DNA from: a virus
Taxonomy: Duplodnaviria; Caudoviricetes
Virus record (IMG/VR): IMGVR_UViG_3300044815_000135
Location: 1-63,072 of that record
Strand: one strand, 5' to 3'
Length of the DNA stretch: 63,072 nt
Below the pieces are notes generated by a model. It saw only the letters and a list, made by a program, of their open reading frames with translations. It searched no databases and was not told where the DNA came from. A program made the translations under genes and the position numbers. The stretch's first letter is position 1; each line of letters begins with the position of its first letter. Shown piece after piece: positions 48,246 through 57,424 of this stretch.

Positions 48246-49827
48246 CCCGCTTCTTGTTTATTGCCTCAGTACCTGAACTTTCATTCGGCCGAGACTTGTT
48301 ATTACTACCGTTTTTTGATCCTGGTAGTGTATCTCCGTTAGCGTCCCCGCCTTCAGAATCCTTTGTAGCTAAGAAAGCGGCTCTCGCAGCCTCAGTTGCT
48401 TTCTTGGTCTCTTCGTCGAGCTGGTCCTGAATATTCTCAGGAAACTTGTAACCCAATTTCTCCATCTCAGAGCGGTAATATGCTCCAGGAATTAACTTTC
48501 TATCCAACATATTGTTGAGTTCATTTACTCGAGCAATTCGATCAGTTGGGAGCTTATCCCCAATTACTGGAACAATATCACCTTCTAGTTGTTCTTGCTC
48601 AAAAATAGCATGCCATGTCTTCCAATCAAAGAACAATTGAGTGAGAATGTCAATTCCCGCCTGGTCTCTTGTTTCAATCTTTGCAAGTGTTGGTATGAAC
48701 TTAATAGCAAGTGCTATACCCGACTGAGCTACCTGAGCATCAATTTTACCAAGTGCAACATCTGAAAGACCAGCTGCCTGGTTCGCCTTATCTTCAAGGT
48801 ATTTGATTTGATCTACAGCAGGAGTGATAGATCCCACACCCTCAACTCGGCGGAAATAGGAACCCTGAGGAACTTCCATCACCTTTCCAGGAGATACTTC
48901 CCATTCAGTTTCTGCTCCCTCTGAATCTACTGGACGACCTCCATCAGTTGCATATACTCCAAGGCCTTCCAGAGAAAGGGAAGCAGAAACATCAGTAGCT
49001 GCTTGAGAAACAACTTCAATCAGCCGTTCAATACCTCGAAGCTCTGATGAACCATAATCCTCACCCTGCCAACTACGGTTTTTAAACCAATAGATTGGAA
49101 TAGTTGTAATATCCTCATGCAAATACCCGAGCGGAATGGTGGTTTGAATTAACTTGGCTTTCTCACCAAATCCAAACCCATTAGTACCAAGTTCATAAAT
49201 TGCCTCTTGACGACTAATGCGCTTCTTACCATTAACCTCTTCAATTCTATACGTTAGTCGACGAAGACGAGTCTTCTGTTCAGGATCTTTTTCAATTGGG
49301 AGAGTATATTGAGTTGCAAGACTACAACCCACTAATTTACCTGGTTCATCATCATCCCAAATGGGGAAGACATTCATTGGCTCTACAGCGTTAAGAGAAA
49401 TTCGACTTCCCTTTTTCTTCTTGGGATTGGCCGTTAGATGAAAGAGGAAATCACCTCGAGCAACGCCAGTTTGCTTAGCTGCATGGAATCGGGAGTAAAA
49501 AGTCTCTCTCTTTAGAAAAGCATCTAAAGCTCGCTTAGTAGGATTAGTTTTATCCTCCGGCTTTATTCCATCTACGATGATTTGAAGCCCCTTAAGCAAG
49601 TAGTGAGAGGTAGTATCAACTACCGTACGAGCATTGGGAATGTAAATGGGGGATTCTCCCTCAAGTACACGTAAAGCAAATTGACGAGGATCATTCCAAT
49701 ACATCTCATCATATTTGATGTAAGCGGCAATTCGATCTCTATCATCTGGGGGCATCCAAGTCATCGCCGTAACTAATGACCCTATTAGGGGCTTAACGGT
49801 AGACCACTGGTTATAATCTTCACTCAT
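48232..49827 (-). CDS. portal protein
   Basis: Follows terminase; YGSSEL, SGIAL motifs. Confidence 0.88.
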   Translation of the reverse strand: MSEDYNQWSTVKPLIGSLVTAMTWMPPDDRDRIAAYIKYDEMYWNDPRQFALRVLEGESPIYIPNARTVVDTTSHYLLKGLQIIVDGIKPEDKTNPTKRALDAFLKRETFYSRFHAAKQTGVARGDFLFHLTANPKKKKGSRISLNAVEPMNVFPIWDDDEPGKLVGCSLATQYTLPIEKDPEQKTRLRRLTYRIEEVNGKKRISRQEAIYELGTNGFGFGEKAKLIQTTIPLGYLHEDITTIPIYWFKNRSWQGEDYGSSELRGIERLIEVVSQAATDVSASLSLEGLGVYATDGGRPVDSEGAETEWEVSPGKVMEVPQGSYFRRVEGVGSITPAVDQIKYLEDKANQAAGLSDVALGKIDAQVAQSGIALAIKFIPTLAKIETRDQAGIDILTQLFFDWKTWHAIFEQEQLEGDIVPVIGDKLPTDRIARVNELNNMLDRKLIPGAYYRSEMEKLGYKFPENIQDQLDEETKKATEAARAAFLATKDSEGGDANGDTLPGSKNGSNNKSRPNESSGTEAINKKRDASK

Positions 49828-51245
49828 GCTGCACGTCTCCTAACGCCTATTCTACTTTGTCGACTATGTCGATTACCTGCAGTAGAGAACTGCTCCATAT
49901 GACCCTTGAAGAATCGTCCTAGTGCCTCAGGTCCATGGTTATCAACATCCATCGGAATTTCACTAATATTTCTCATGTCATTATGCGACTCTGGCCATCT
50001 GTAGCCTTCTCGCATTTCCCAGATAAGACGAGTACATGACTTATCTATCCGAAGCTGTGCCACCTTTTCTGGATGGTCGTCTGGAAGATGTTCGGGACGT
50101 CGTTTCAAAGCCGAACGAATCAGCTGAAGACGAAGCTTAATTTCACCACCAGTATTCGCCTTAGTACTAATATTTAAGTGTCGTCTGAGGATTGCTGCAT
50201 CATCTGGGGATGATGGGTCTACATAGATAGCAAGGCATTTGCTCATTAAGGGATGATGCTTTAGCTCATTTCGAGCAATGTCCTCAGTATCACGAAGTCG
50301 GAATCGATGTTCACCAATAACGTAGATATTGTGATTCATAGGATCTTCTTGAATCCAAAGCCAAACCCAGTCATTGGTATAACCGAAGTCTACTGCCCCA
50401 TAGAGAGGCCAATCATAGTTGTAGTTAAATGTGCCAATGTGGTAATCATCATCCCATTCCTTCATTACGCGACCGCGCTTGAGGATGAATTCACCACCAT
50501 ATTGCCGACGGAATTCATCCTCCGTTAGATCATCTTCAGCATCTAAGATTTCAGGATCATTACGTCCACCTGGGAATACTGTGGTATTAGTCCATGAGGG
50601 GAGTTGCCAAGATTTCCACTGAGGATTATTTGCTTTACCTTTTAAGTAACCCCAGTAAAGAAGATTAGTATCATTAGCATCTTCAGGAACTCCTGACATC
50701 ATACTAATACCACGCTTATCCGATAATGCAGGTCGTACATACTCGGTAAAAGTTTTACGTTTATGTCGACCAGCTTCAGATAAAAGCACGAAATCCAGAC
50801 CTTCACCAACCAAGCTTTCTGGATGCCGAGCAGATCGACATTGAAGATCAAAGCCCCAGTTGGTGGCAATGTGCATGTTGCCATTCTCTGTATTATTTAA
50901 GAATTTACTAGAGATGGTATCAATGCCAAGCTTTTTGAATGTATCATAAACAATACGGAACTCTTTCTCCGCATCAGGGTATTCTGGCCCAATAATCCAG
51001 CCTCGCATTGGCTGCCCAAGATAGTTACGCACAAAAGCCATGCATTCCATCTCTTTACCACCAAAAAGAGACTTGCCCCACCGTCGCCCATTGCTAAGAA
51101 CACGATGTCGAGTATTGTCATAATGCACAAGTGACTGCCCCGGGTGTGGAGTGTAATCTGTAGCTTCAAACCACTTGTCTTTACGAAAAAGTTTGCCTTC
51201 TCCCGGCATTACTAGCATGGCAACTCCTTTCGTAATATGAGTCAA
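49824..51245 (-). CDS. terL: terminase large subunit
   Basis: PH.GQ, GRRWGKS, GEGLD, DFG, D.H..EA. Confidence 0.93.
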   Translation of the reverse strand: MTHITKGVAMLVMPGEGKLFRKDKWFEATDYTPHPGQSLVHYDNTRHRVLSNGRRWGKSLFGGKEMECMAFVRNYLGQPMRGWIIGPEYPDAEKEFRIVYDTFKKLGIDTISSKFLNNTENGNMHIATNWGFDLQCRSARHPESLVGEGLDFVLLSEAGRHKRKTFTEYVRPALSDKRGISMMSGVPEDANDTNLLYWGYLKGKANNPQWKSWQLPSWTNTTVFPGGRNDPEILDAEDDLTEDEFRRQYGGEFILKRGRVMKEWDDDYHIGTFNYNYDWPLYGAVDFGYTNDWVWLWIQEDPMNHNIYVIGEHRFRLRDTEDIARNELKHHPLMSKCLAIYVDPSSPDDAAILRRHLNISTKANTGGEIKLRLQLIRSALKRRPEHLPDDHPEKVAQLRIDKSCTRLIWEMREGYRWPESHNDMRNISEIPMDVDNHGPEALGRFFKGHMEQFSTAGNRHSRQSRIGVRRRAA

Positions 51246-51350
51246 ATACCCGTCACCTGATTGCGGGGCGATTAGAAGTCAACTGGATGACTCCTAAGGG
51301 CATGCTATATGATCGTCGATCGTTCGCCCAACATGATAAGTCCCTAAAAC

Positions 51351-51629
51351 TTAGATCTTGGTTTCCTTGTAGCGATTAGCATTATCTCTAATGATACGTT
51401 GAGCTCGTTCAACTTGCTCGGGAGTTGGTTTAGGTACTTCATTGGGATCAAAGCGAACTACTCCTTGCCAATATCCAGGATCAACTGGCATATGACTATC
51501 CTCAGTTTGCCCTGTAGTTGAAAGTAGTCGAAGCTTGTCCGAAGCAGATAAGGCATCATTACCCTTGGGAAATACCCCGTTGGGCATAGGTCCTGCTCCA
51601 CCATATTCTGATTGTTCCACACCAGCCAT
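51351..51629 (-). CDS. hypothetical protein
   Basis: GAAAGGA RBS. Confidence 0.6.
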   Translation of the reverse strand: MAGVEQSEYGGAGPMPNGVFPKGNDALSASDKLRLLSTTGQTEDSHMPVDPGYWQGVVRFDPNEVPKPTPEQVERAQRIIRDNANRYKETKI

Positions 51630-51787
51630 TGTAAATCCTTTCTTGTTTAACGAGCCAAAGGGCCCCGGAAGGGGAGTAGAATCCCTCCGGAGCCCCTCAG
51701 TAGATTGGGATCACCCCCTACTGGCAGCTATCACACTGCAATAGATCCATTGGGTCGACGGGGACGGAATAACCACCCACATTGTCA

Positions 51788-52183
51788 TCATTGTCCACCT
51801 GGGATATCTTCTTTCTTCATTGTGACCCCACCGGCAGTAACTTTACTGTCGTTTTCTTCTTCAGCAGCTTTGGCAACCAATGTGGTTTGGATGGCCTCAG
51901 CGTATTTCTTACTAACTCCATTAGCCAATACATTGAAATAAGCATCTGCCCCTGAAACGATAGCAGTAAGGAGAATGGAAGCAGCGGCAAAACCTAATAC
52001 TACCCAATCTACTGTTGCTATTTCAGTAACTGTAACCCCAGCTCCTAGTAAACTACCAATGAGAGCAGAACCACGAATGGTTTGCCCAAAGGTACGAAAA
52101 AAGGCCACTGCAGCAACTAATCGATTCTCTTTAGGAGCAAGAGCCTCCATCAACTTAGTCCAAAAACCTGGTTCTTTATCCAT
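51788..52183 (-). CDS. holin
   Basis: RTF.Q...DW motif, TM helices, next to endolysin. Confidence 0.75.
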   Translation of the reverse strand: MDKEPGFWTKLMEALAPKENRLVAAVAFFRTFGQTIRGSALIGSLLGAGVTVTEIATVDWVVLGFAAASILLTAIVSGADAYFNVLANGVSKKYAEAIQTTLVAKAAEEENDSKVTAGGVTMKKEDIPGGQ

Positions 52184-52194
52184 ATTGTTCCTTT

Positions 52195-53070
52195 CTAATT
52201 GGCAATCTGTTTGATGACTTCGGTAGCAATTGAGACCTCAGTTGGAGGCTTTGGAATGGCAGCAATCGCATCGAGGATTTTTTTCTCAGTTGCGAGTAGA
52301 TCGGCCTTGGTAACTGAGGATGAAGAGGATGGAGGAATTACTGGATCGAGGCTAGTGATTCCATTGACAGAGGGATCGGTGAATGTGCTTGAGTGAGACC
52401 ACAATACATTACCTCCATCTTCGGCATCATCGACCAAAAACCATTTATTACTCCCAGGAGCAGGACAAGTTTCTGAAATAATGAAATGTGTCGGATCAAG
52501 ATCGGTGCGATAGCCAGTCACTAACATTGGAGTGTTAAAGGTGAGCAAATCGGGATAGAGATTGTCGGGCTCGCCGGTTTTAGGAATGGTTGGACCTGTG
52601 CGGCGCTTTGAGTTGGTTGCTCCAACGGTGCGAGTGTTCGGTGCCACGGTATAGTTCTCCTTCTGATAGGGCTGCTCGTCGACACGGACGCCGTCAAGCC
52701 ATAGTTCTGAATGCAGATGCTTCGACTTCACCCCATTGATTACTGGGATGAGAGAGCCGGTGTTGCCCATAACGCCGATCTGCTGGCCTCGCTTCACTCT
52801 AGTGGGCTTCAATGCAGTTCCTACTGCCACGTCCTGTCGAGACAGATGGCAGTATCGAGTCTGGGTGACACCCTTGATGATAGGGCCATGGTCGATGATG
52901 ATGATCTTTCCATAATCGGTAAGCGTGCGAACGTCGACAACGACACCGTCTGCCATTGCATATACAGCATCACCTTGACCCCAGCCCCAGTCAGTACCAT
53001 GGTGACCACCAACACCGAACGCTTTATTTGCCTCGGTATCATTAGAGGGTCGAGCAAGTCTTCCAGGCAT
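52195..53070 (-). CDS. endolysin, M23 peptidase
   Basis: HHGTD, Y.HL, GQ.IG.MGNTG, HLH.E. Confidence 0.9.
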   Translation of the reverse strand: MPGRLARPSNDTEANKAFGVGGHHGTDWGWGQGDAVYAMADGVVVDVRTLTDYGKIIIIDHGPIIKGVTQTRYCHLSRQDVAVGTALKPTRVKRGQQIGVMGNTGSLIPVINGVKSKHLHSELWLDGVRVDEQPYQKENYTVAPNTRTVGATNSKRRTGPTIPKTGEPDNLYPDLLTFNTPMLVTGYRTDLDPTHFIISETCPAPGSNKWFLVDDAEDGGNVLWSHSSTFTDPSVNGITSLDPVIPPSSSSSVTKADLLATEKKILDAIAAIPKPPTEVSIATEVIKQIAN

Positions 53071-53084
53071 TATATTTCCTTAGT

Positions 53085-53525
53085 TTATGAGGCTTTAGGT
53101 TGTGTAGTCTCAAGTTCAGCCAATTGCTCTTCAGTAAGAATAATGTTATTCTGTTTTACTATAGACCTTAATAGTCTAATCAATCGTCGTTGATTGGCAT
53201 TAACAGTAGATAATTCCCTCTTATACTTGGCTACTTCTGACTTATGATCTTTTTCCATTTGTTCCATTTTATCAATGGCTTCATCTCGGTCATGATTAGA
53301 TCGATCCAATAGATCTTTATAAGCAGGCAGGGCGGCATTAAATTGATCTACAGTAAGAGCACCTTCTTGAACTTTAACAGTAGATTCTGCAGTAATTTCG
53401 TCTACTTTCAATCTTCTATTAGCCCCCTTTTGTTGAAGAAATGCCCATACAAACCCTGATGGCCCTAAGACAAAAGCAGCGAGAGTTAAAACATCTCCAA
53501 CCCAGCCTGGCAAAAAGCCAAACAT
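53085..53525 (-). CDS. membrane protein with coiled coil (lysis-associated)
   Basis: N-terminal TM plus coiled coil. Confidence 0.65.
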   Translation of the reverse strand: MFGFLPGWVGDVLTLAAFVLGPSGFVWAFLQQKGANRRLKVDEITAESTVKVQEGALTVDQFNAALPAYKDLLDRSNHDRDEAIDKMEQMEKDHKSEVAKYKRELSTVNANQRRLIRLLRSIVKQNNIILTEEQLAELETTQPKAS

Positions 53526-54058
53526 TAGATACCTTCGATCAAGGGGGGTAAGTTCTTAGCCTTGCGTTCTCTTTCTTGTCTTACTAGTAAAACGATGACA
53601 ACAATAGTTCGACAGGTGGGAAGTACCATAATAGACCAAATCAAAAACCATCCGGCAAATGATCCATCACCTTCAATTACATTTTTCAGTATAAAATATA
53701 GATACAGAGCAATCAGTCCACCAAAACTTGCTCCAAAGAATAACTCTATCCGGGCAAGATGAGGCCAGAAAGTAGCTCCTAAACAAGAAGGCGCAGCGGT
53801 AATTAAAACTAAAACTGAAAACCAAAATTGGAAATGGTCACCCTCAGCTTTTACTATAGTTGGTAAACCATCAAATACAGAAATAACAGCCCAGAGGCTA
53901 TAAAAAGCATAGACTGTAGCACTAAAACGATGAAAAATAGTAGCAAGAACATCATTCATTGCTGTATTATCAGGGATAGATTTAAATACTGATGTGGTTA
54001 TAATGATCTTAAGCTTATTTAAGATGGTCATATCATAACTCCTGTAATGGCCTTTCAC
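53525..54058 (-). CDS. 4-TM membrane protein (lysis-associated)
   Basis: Four hydrophobic helices. Confidence 0.65.
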   Translation of the reverse strand: MKGHYRSYDMTILNKLKIIITTSVFKSIPDNTAMNDVLATIFHRFSATVYAFYSLWAVISVFDGLPTIVKAEGDHFQFWFSVLVLITAAPSCLGATFWPHLARIELFFGASFGGLIALYLYFILKNVIEGDGSFAGWFLIWSIMVLPTCRTIVVIVLLVRQERERKAKNLPPLIEGI

Positions 54059-54119
54059 TCGATGGTGTGGGAATATAACCCAAAGTATGAGCTCATCATA
54101 TCATTGACCAGAGAATTAC

Positions 54120-54452
54120 CTAATACCAAGTGGGAATAATTTCACCCTCAACAAGAGATAATACTAGATGATAGGGAAAGGCAGTCTTCTGTCTAAGATC
54201 AATCCTACTAGGTCCAATTCCCCCTGAGGGATGTGAGTGCCAAAGAATTAGATTTGAAGTGTCAGTTTCTTTTTCTATAGCAGAAGTAATATCTGCTAAG
54301 TTTAATTCAAAAGTATTATGTGGACTGTTAGAATGATTTGACATTTCAACTACAGTACCATCGGTTAAAATTATTCCAGCAGCTTCATTAGGCGCCTGTT
54401 GGAGGATTATTCTCTTCAGATCGTCGTGGAGTCTGCCCTCGATCAGTCTCAT
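54120..54452 (-). CDS. JAB/MPN+ metalloisopeptidase
   Basis: PNEAAG...HSHPSG...PS..D JAMM motif. Confidence 0.88.
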   Translation of the reverse strand: MRLIEGRLHDDLKRIILQQAPNEAAGIILTDGTVVEMSNHSNSPHNTFELNLADITSAIEKETDTSNLILWHSHPSGGIGPSRIDLRQKTAFPYHLVLSLVEGEIIPTWY

Positions 54453-54720
54453 TACCACCACCAAAAATATACTTAAGGTCATCTTCTTGTAAGACATTGG
54501 CACTAATTAAGCGTTCTACTAAACGCATAAGGGGACCAAGTAAAGGATCACGAACCACTTGCTGAACCATCGGATTAGGGGCTTGATTACGTGGATCTGG
54601 CCCAGGCTTTAGAGGAATTAATTCTCCCTCTATTGAGAACTTATGATTCTTATCTCCATGGTTCTCACGGATTTCATCACATACTCCACACCTATCATCC
54701 GGGGAAAGCGGCTCAGTCAT
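54388..54720 (-). CDS. hypothetical protein
   Basis: CxxC..H...H N-terminus. Confidence 0.55.
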   Translation of the reverse strand: MTEPLSPDDRCGVCDEIRENHGDKNHKFSIEGELIPLKPGPDPRNQAPNPMVQQVVRDPLLGPLMRLVERLISANVLQEDDLKYIFGGGNETDRGQTPRRSEENNPPTGA

Positions 54721-55409
54721 TAAACTTCATCTTCCTCTTCATATTCAGCTTCTTCCATTTCATCACCAGTTGATAGAGCCATTGTGATACCGGGGAAATG
54801 GGCAGGCATATAATGCCCAGTAGCCATATCGGCAGGGTTAACCATAACTTGACCGAGAATACCTTGAAGCTTAACTGAAACATCGCTCTCAATACGTTGA
54901 GTCGGTTTTCCAACTACATGTTCAAGTAGGAACTTAGCAGCATCTAGTTTAGTAGACCAAGCAACTATTGGTTTACCTCGCTCATCAACATCATCATTGC
55001 CTATTAGTTCTTTAAGCAAATCTAGAGCATCGACTGTGGTAGCACGCATACTTGATTTAACAGCTGCTGTATATTTTTCCATAGCGGCTTCATGAACTGT
55101 ACGATCAATCCAGTCAGGAGTAGGTCCTGTAAAATGACCTTTAATATTACGGGGTCGACCATGAGCAAGTTCTTCAAGATCCCATTCCTCAATGGGTTTC
55201 TTGTATAGATACTCTAACTCCTGTGAACTAAGGTGCACATTTCGTTTTCGCTTACGACGAGCTCTAGCTCGAATTTGCTTAGCGGTTAGGAGTTTACCAT
55301 CAGCATCAATAGGCTTACCCGCCATATCTTCTTGGCTTTTTCCTGAGGCATGTTGAACAATATCTCTAGTTTTACTAAAGTCAAATGTTCGGGGTTGTAC
55401 CGCCACCAC
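54720..55409 (-). CDS. terS: probable terminase small subunit
   Basis: WD.EELAHGRPR...G.F.G; helical; upstream of packaging genes. Confidence 0.65.
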   Translation of the reverse strand: MVAVQPRTFDFSKTRDIVQHASGKSQEDMAGKPIDADGKLLTAKQIRARARRKRKRNVHLSSQELEYLYKKPIEEWDLEELAHGRPRNIKGHFTGPTPDWIDRTVHEAAMEKYTAAVKSSMRATTVDALDLLKELIGNDDVDERGKPIVAWSTKLDAAKFLLEHVVGKPTQRIESDVSVKLQGILGQVMVNPADMATGHYMPAHFPGITMALSTGDEMEEAEYEEEDEV

Positions 55410-55674
55410 TCTTCTCCCTGTGAACGGCAGTACTCATACGAGCACCCCTAGTTGGAATATCTCTAGAATCCCGCTGAGTTGTTCTAGCCTTAGCATCAAC
55501 AATCGGGATAGGATCACTAGCGTAAGCCCGTTTGATTCGACCTTGTCGAACACGAAACTGATCGAGTCCCAATGCAATAGTACGCAACCGAGATTCGATC
55601 GAAGTAAGACGTCGTAGAATAAGAACCAATACGACAAAAATTGCTAGCGATGTAATCCATACCAGCCAGTCCAT
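55381..55674 (-). CDS. membrane-anchored protein
   Basis: N-terminal TM; AGGAGG RBS. Confidence 0.6.
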   Translation of the reverse strand: MDWLVWITSLAIFVVLVLILRRLTSIESRLRTIALGLDQFRVRQGRIKRAYASDPIPIVDAKARTTQRDSRDIPTRGARMSTAVHREKSGGGTTPNI

Positions 55675-55843
55675 TGCGGCCTCCTTTATGTTAGGATGAC
55701 CGTATCATAGTCCGAGCTTTGATTGCAAGGAGCAACCTAATCGCTTGAACTAATTAGCTAAGCAATGACTCGATAAATGGCTATTGGCAATTTATAGGCT
55801 ACTTGAGGATGCACCCAAAGGCATCTCCTCGCATAATCAACGA

Positions 55844-56344
55844 TTATATGCGAGCGCCTAATTCATATAGTTCTGTAAGATCATCAGGGATGATGATATC
55901 TAGGGGTTCAGTTAGAGGCATCATTGCCATCTCGAACTCTAGCATATCAAGAGGGTTGTCATATGAGACAATTACTCCCTCAGTAACTGGCTTACTAAGC
56001 CAATCAATTGGCTCATCTTGCCATCGTACCTGCATTTCATGAACCTTGCAGATCACAATGGTGGTAGAGCCTTCGAACTTCTTAGCGAATCGCCCACAAG
56101 AGGGGCAATGAATGTTGTGTCGGTAATTGGGTTTAGGTGGTTCAACATCAGGGCAGAATACTTCTACCATGGTTTGATCTAAAGCAAGGTTGAGGGTTTC
56201 CTCAACAGCTTCTTGCTTGGATTGTAGGTGGCGTATTCTCAGATAAGTAACAGCTTGGATAGTTCCTAGTGTTCCACTATAAGCAAAGGCAAGTAGCGCT
56301 AATACTAGTAATACCATTCCAATCTGTAATTCTTGCTCAGTCAT
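55844..56344 (-). CDS. membrane-anchored Zn-ribbon protein
   Basis: TM; CPSCGRF...CKVH. Confidence 0.65.
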   Translation of the reverse strand: MTEQELQIGMVLLVLALLAFAYSGTLGTIQAVTYLRIRHLQSKQEAVEETLNLALDQTMVEVFCPDVEPPKPNYRHNIHCPSCGRFAKKFEGSTTIVICKVHEMQVRWQDEPIDWLSKPVTEGVIVSYDNPLDMLEFEMAMMPLTEPLDIIIPDDLTELYELGARI

Positions 56345-56357
56345 TTTAGCTCCTAAG

Positions 56358-56815
56358 TCAGTTTGGCGGGTATCGCGGAATCTGTACCATCATCGATTTC
56401 CCATACCCACTACCAGAGGTACATAACCTAGTAGGTTCTAATCGCCTAAACATCGCCGTGACAGGGCGTGAATGACTTGTTCCTATTCCTCTTTCGGGAG
56501 GCGGGCTTAATCCGGTGGAACCACTACCTTTGAGCTGAGTCCTGCGCTTTGTTTCCTCACGCTTCCTTCGAGAAGTCTCACCTCGGTATCGGCCATAGGT
56601 ACGAATCCATTTAAGGATCAATCTCAAATACCCTTAGTACCTTATTCGTTTCACGGAGAATCAGGCCGCTGGGTGACTATAGAGGATGAATTGCGTCATT
56701 TATCAGTGTCATTCTGAGAGCACTGCACCAGATCTTTAATTAGATGCCCCAAGCCTAGCCGACAATTTGGCAGTCATAACCGCGTTGGGGCGACCCATCA
56801 TCGAATGATGTGGAT
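56358..56815 (-). ncRNA. candidate large structured ncRNA downstream of tRNAs
   Basis: Dense stems incl. CCTC-CCGAAA-GAGG, CTACTAG/CTGGTAG, GGGTAT/ATACCC, CAGTG/CACTG. Confidence 0.45.
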
Positions 56816-56818
56816 CAG

Positions 56819-56891
56819 TGGAAATGGCAGGATTCGAACCGACTACCTCTTTGACTGAGTCAAAGCGCTCTACCAACTGAGCTACATTCCC
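56819..56891 (-). tRNA. atypical tRNA, nominal anticodon TCA
   Basis: Acceptor GGGAATG/CATTTCC, D arm GCTC-AGTTGGTA-GAGC, GGTTCGAATCC; anticodon arm CTTTG-ACTCAGT-CAAAG. Confidence 0.7.
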
Positions 56892-56895
56892 AGAG

Positions 56896-56969
56896 TCGGA
56901 TAAACGGGACTTGAACCCGTACTAAGTTGATTTTAAGTCAACTGCCTCTACCAATTGGGCTATTATCCG
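56896..56969 (-). tRNA. tRNA-Leu(TAA), short variable loop
   Basis: CGGATAA/TTATCCG; GTTGA-CTTAAAA-TCAAC; ACGGG-TTCAAGT-CCCGT. Confidence 0.9.
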
Positions 56970-57062
56970 AGGTGCCAGTCGCGGTCAGAACCTAGTTCTT
57001 ACGGGTTAGGAAAGCATCTGAATAGCCCCACTGGCTGTTGGCCTGCAATGTATCCAACTGCG

Positions 57063-57156
57063 TGGGAGGGAAAGACTCGAACTTCCTCGGAGCCCCGAAT
57101 TGCTCCTACCCTAATGCTTATTTGTCATCCCCGAAATACAAATAAACATTCCTCCC
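57063..57156 (-). ncRNA. tRNA-like RNA with non-canonical arms
   Basis: GGGAGG/CCTCCC-A acceptor, T arm GGAAG-TTCGAGT-CTTTC, two other hairpins. Confidence 0.55.
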
Positions 57157-57168
57157 GGTACTGCGAAG

Positions 57169-57375
57169 TTATGACGACTTCCGAATTGCAGTACCCGTTT
57201 TTGGTTTCTTATCAGGAAGAAAGATCAAATCATCTCGAGCAACTTCTCGTTGTGTATCATCACTATCTACGATATGAAATGGTTTCTTTTCACCGGACTC
57301 ATACCATGCAATGCGTACCCTGCGTTTGCGATAGATAGCATAACGTGGGATTGTCCCAAGCGAATCAGTCGTCAT
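57169..57375 (-). CDS. small leaderless protein
   Basis: TTGACA-17-TAGCAT-6-ATG. Confidence 0.65.
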   Translation of the reverse strand: MTTDSLGTIPRYAIYRKRRVRIAWYESGEKKPFHIVDSDDTQREVARDDLIFLPDKKPKTGTAIRKSS

Positions 57376-57424
57376 ATATCTATGCTAATTGATGAGCGCC
57401 ATAGTGTCAAGGCAACTTGAACAT

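Noticed and set aside
56819-56891. Genome-wide UGA recoding
   Set aside because: Core genes are intact in code 11 and many end in TGA with ATGA coupling
56955-57338. + strand 127-aa ORF
   Set aside because: Antisense to tRNA-like elements and a promoter-supported gene
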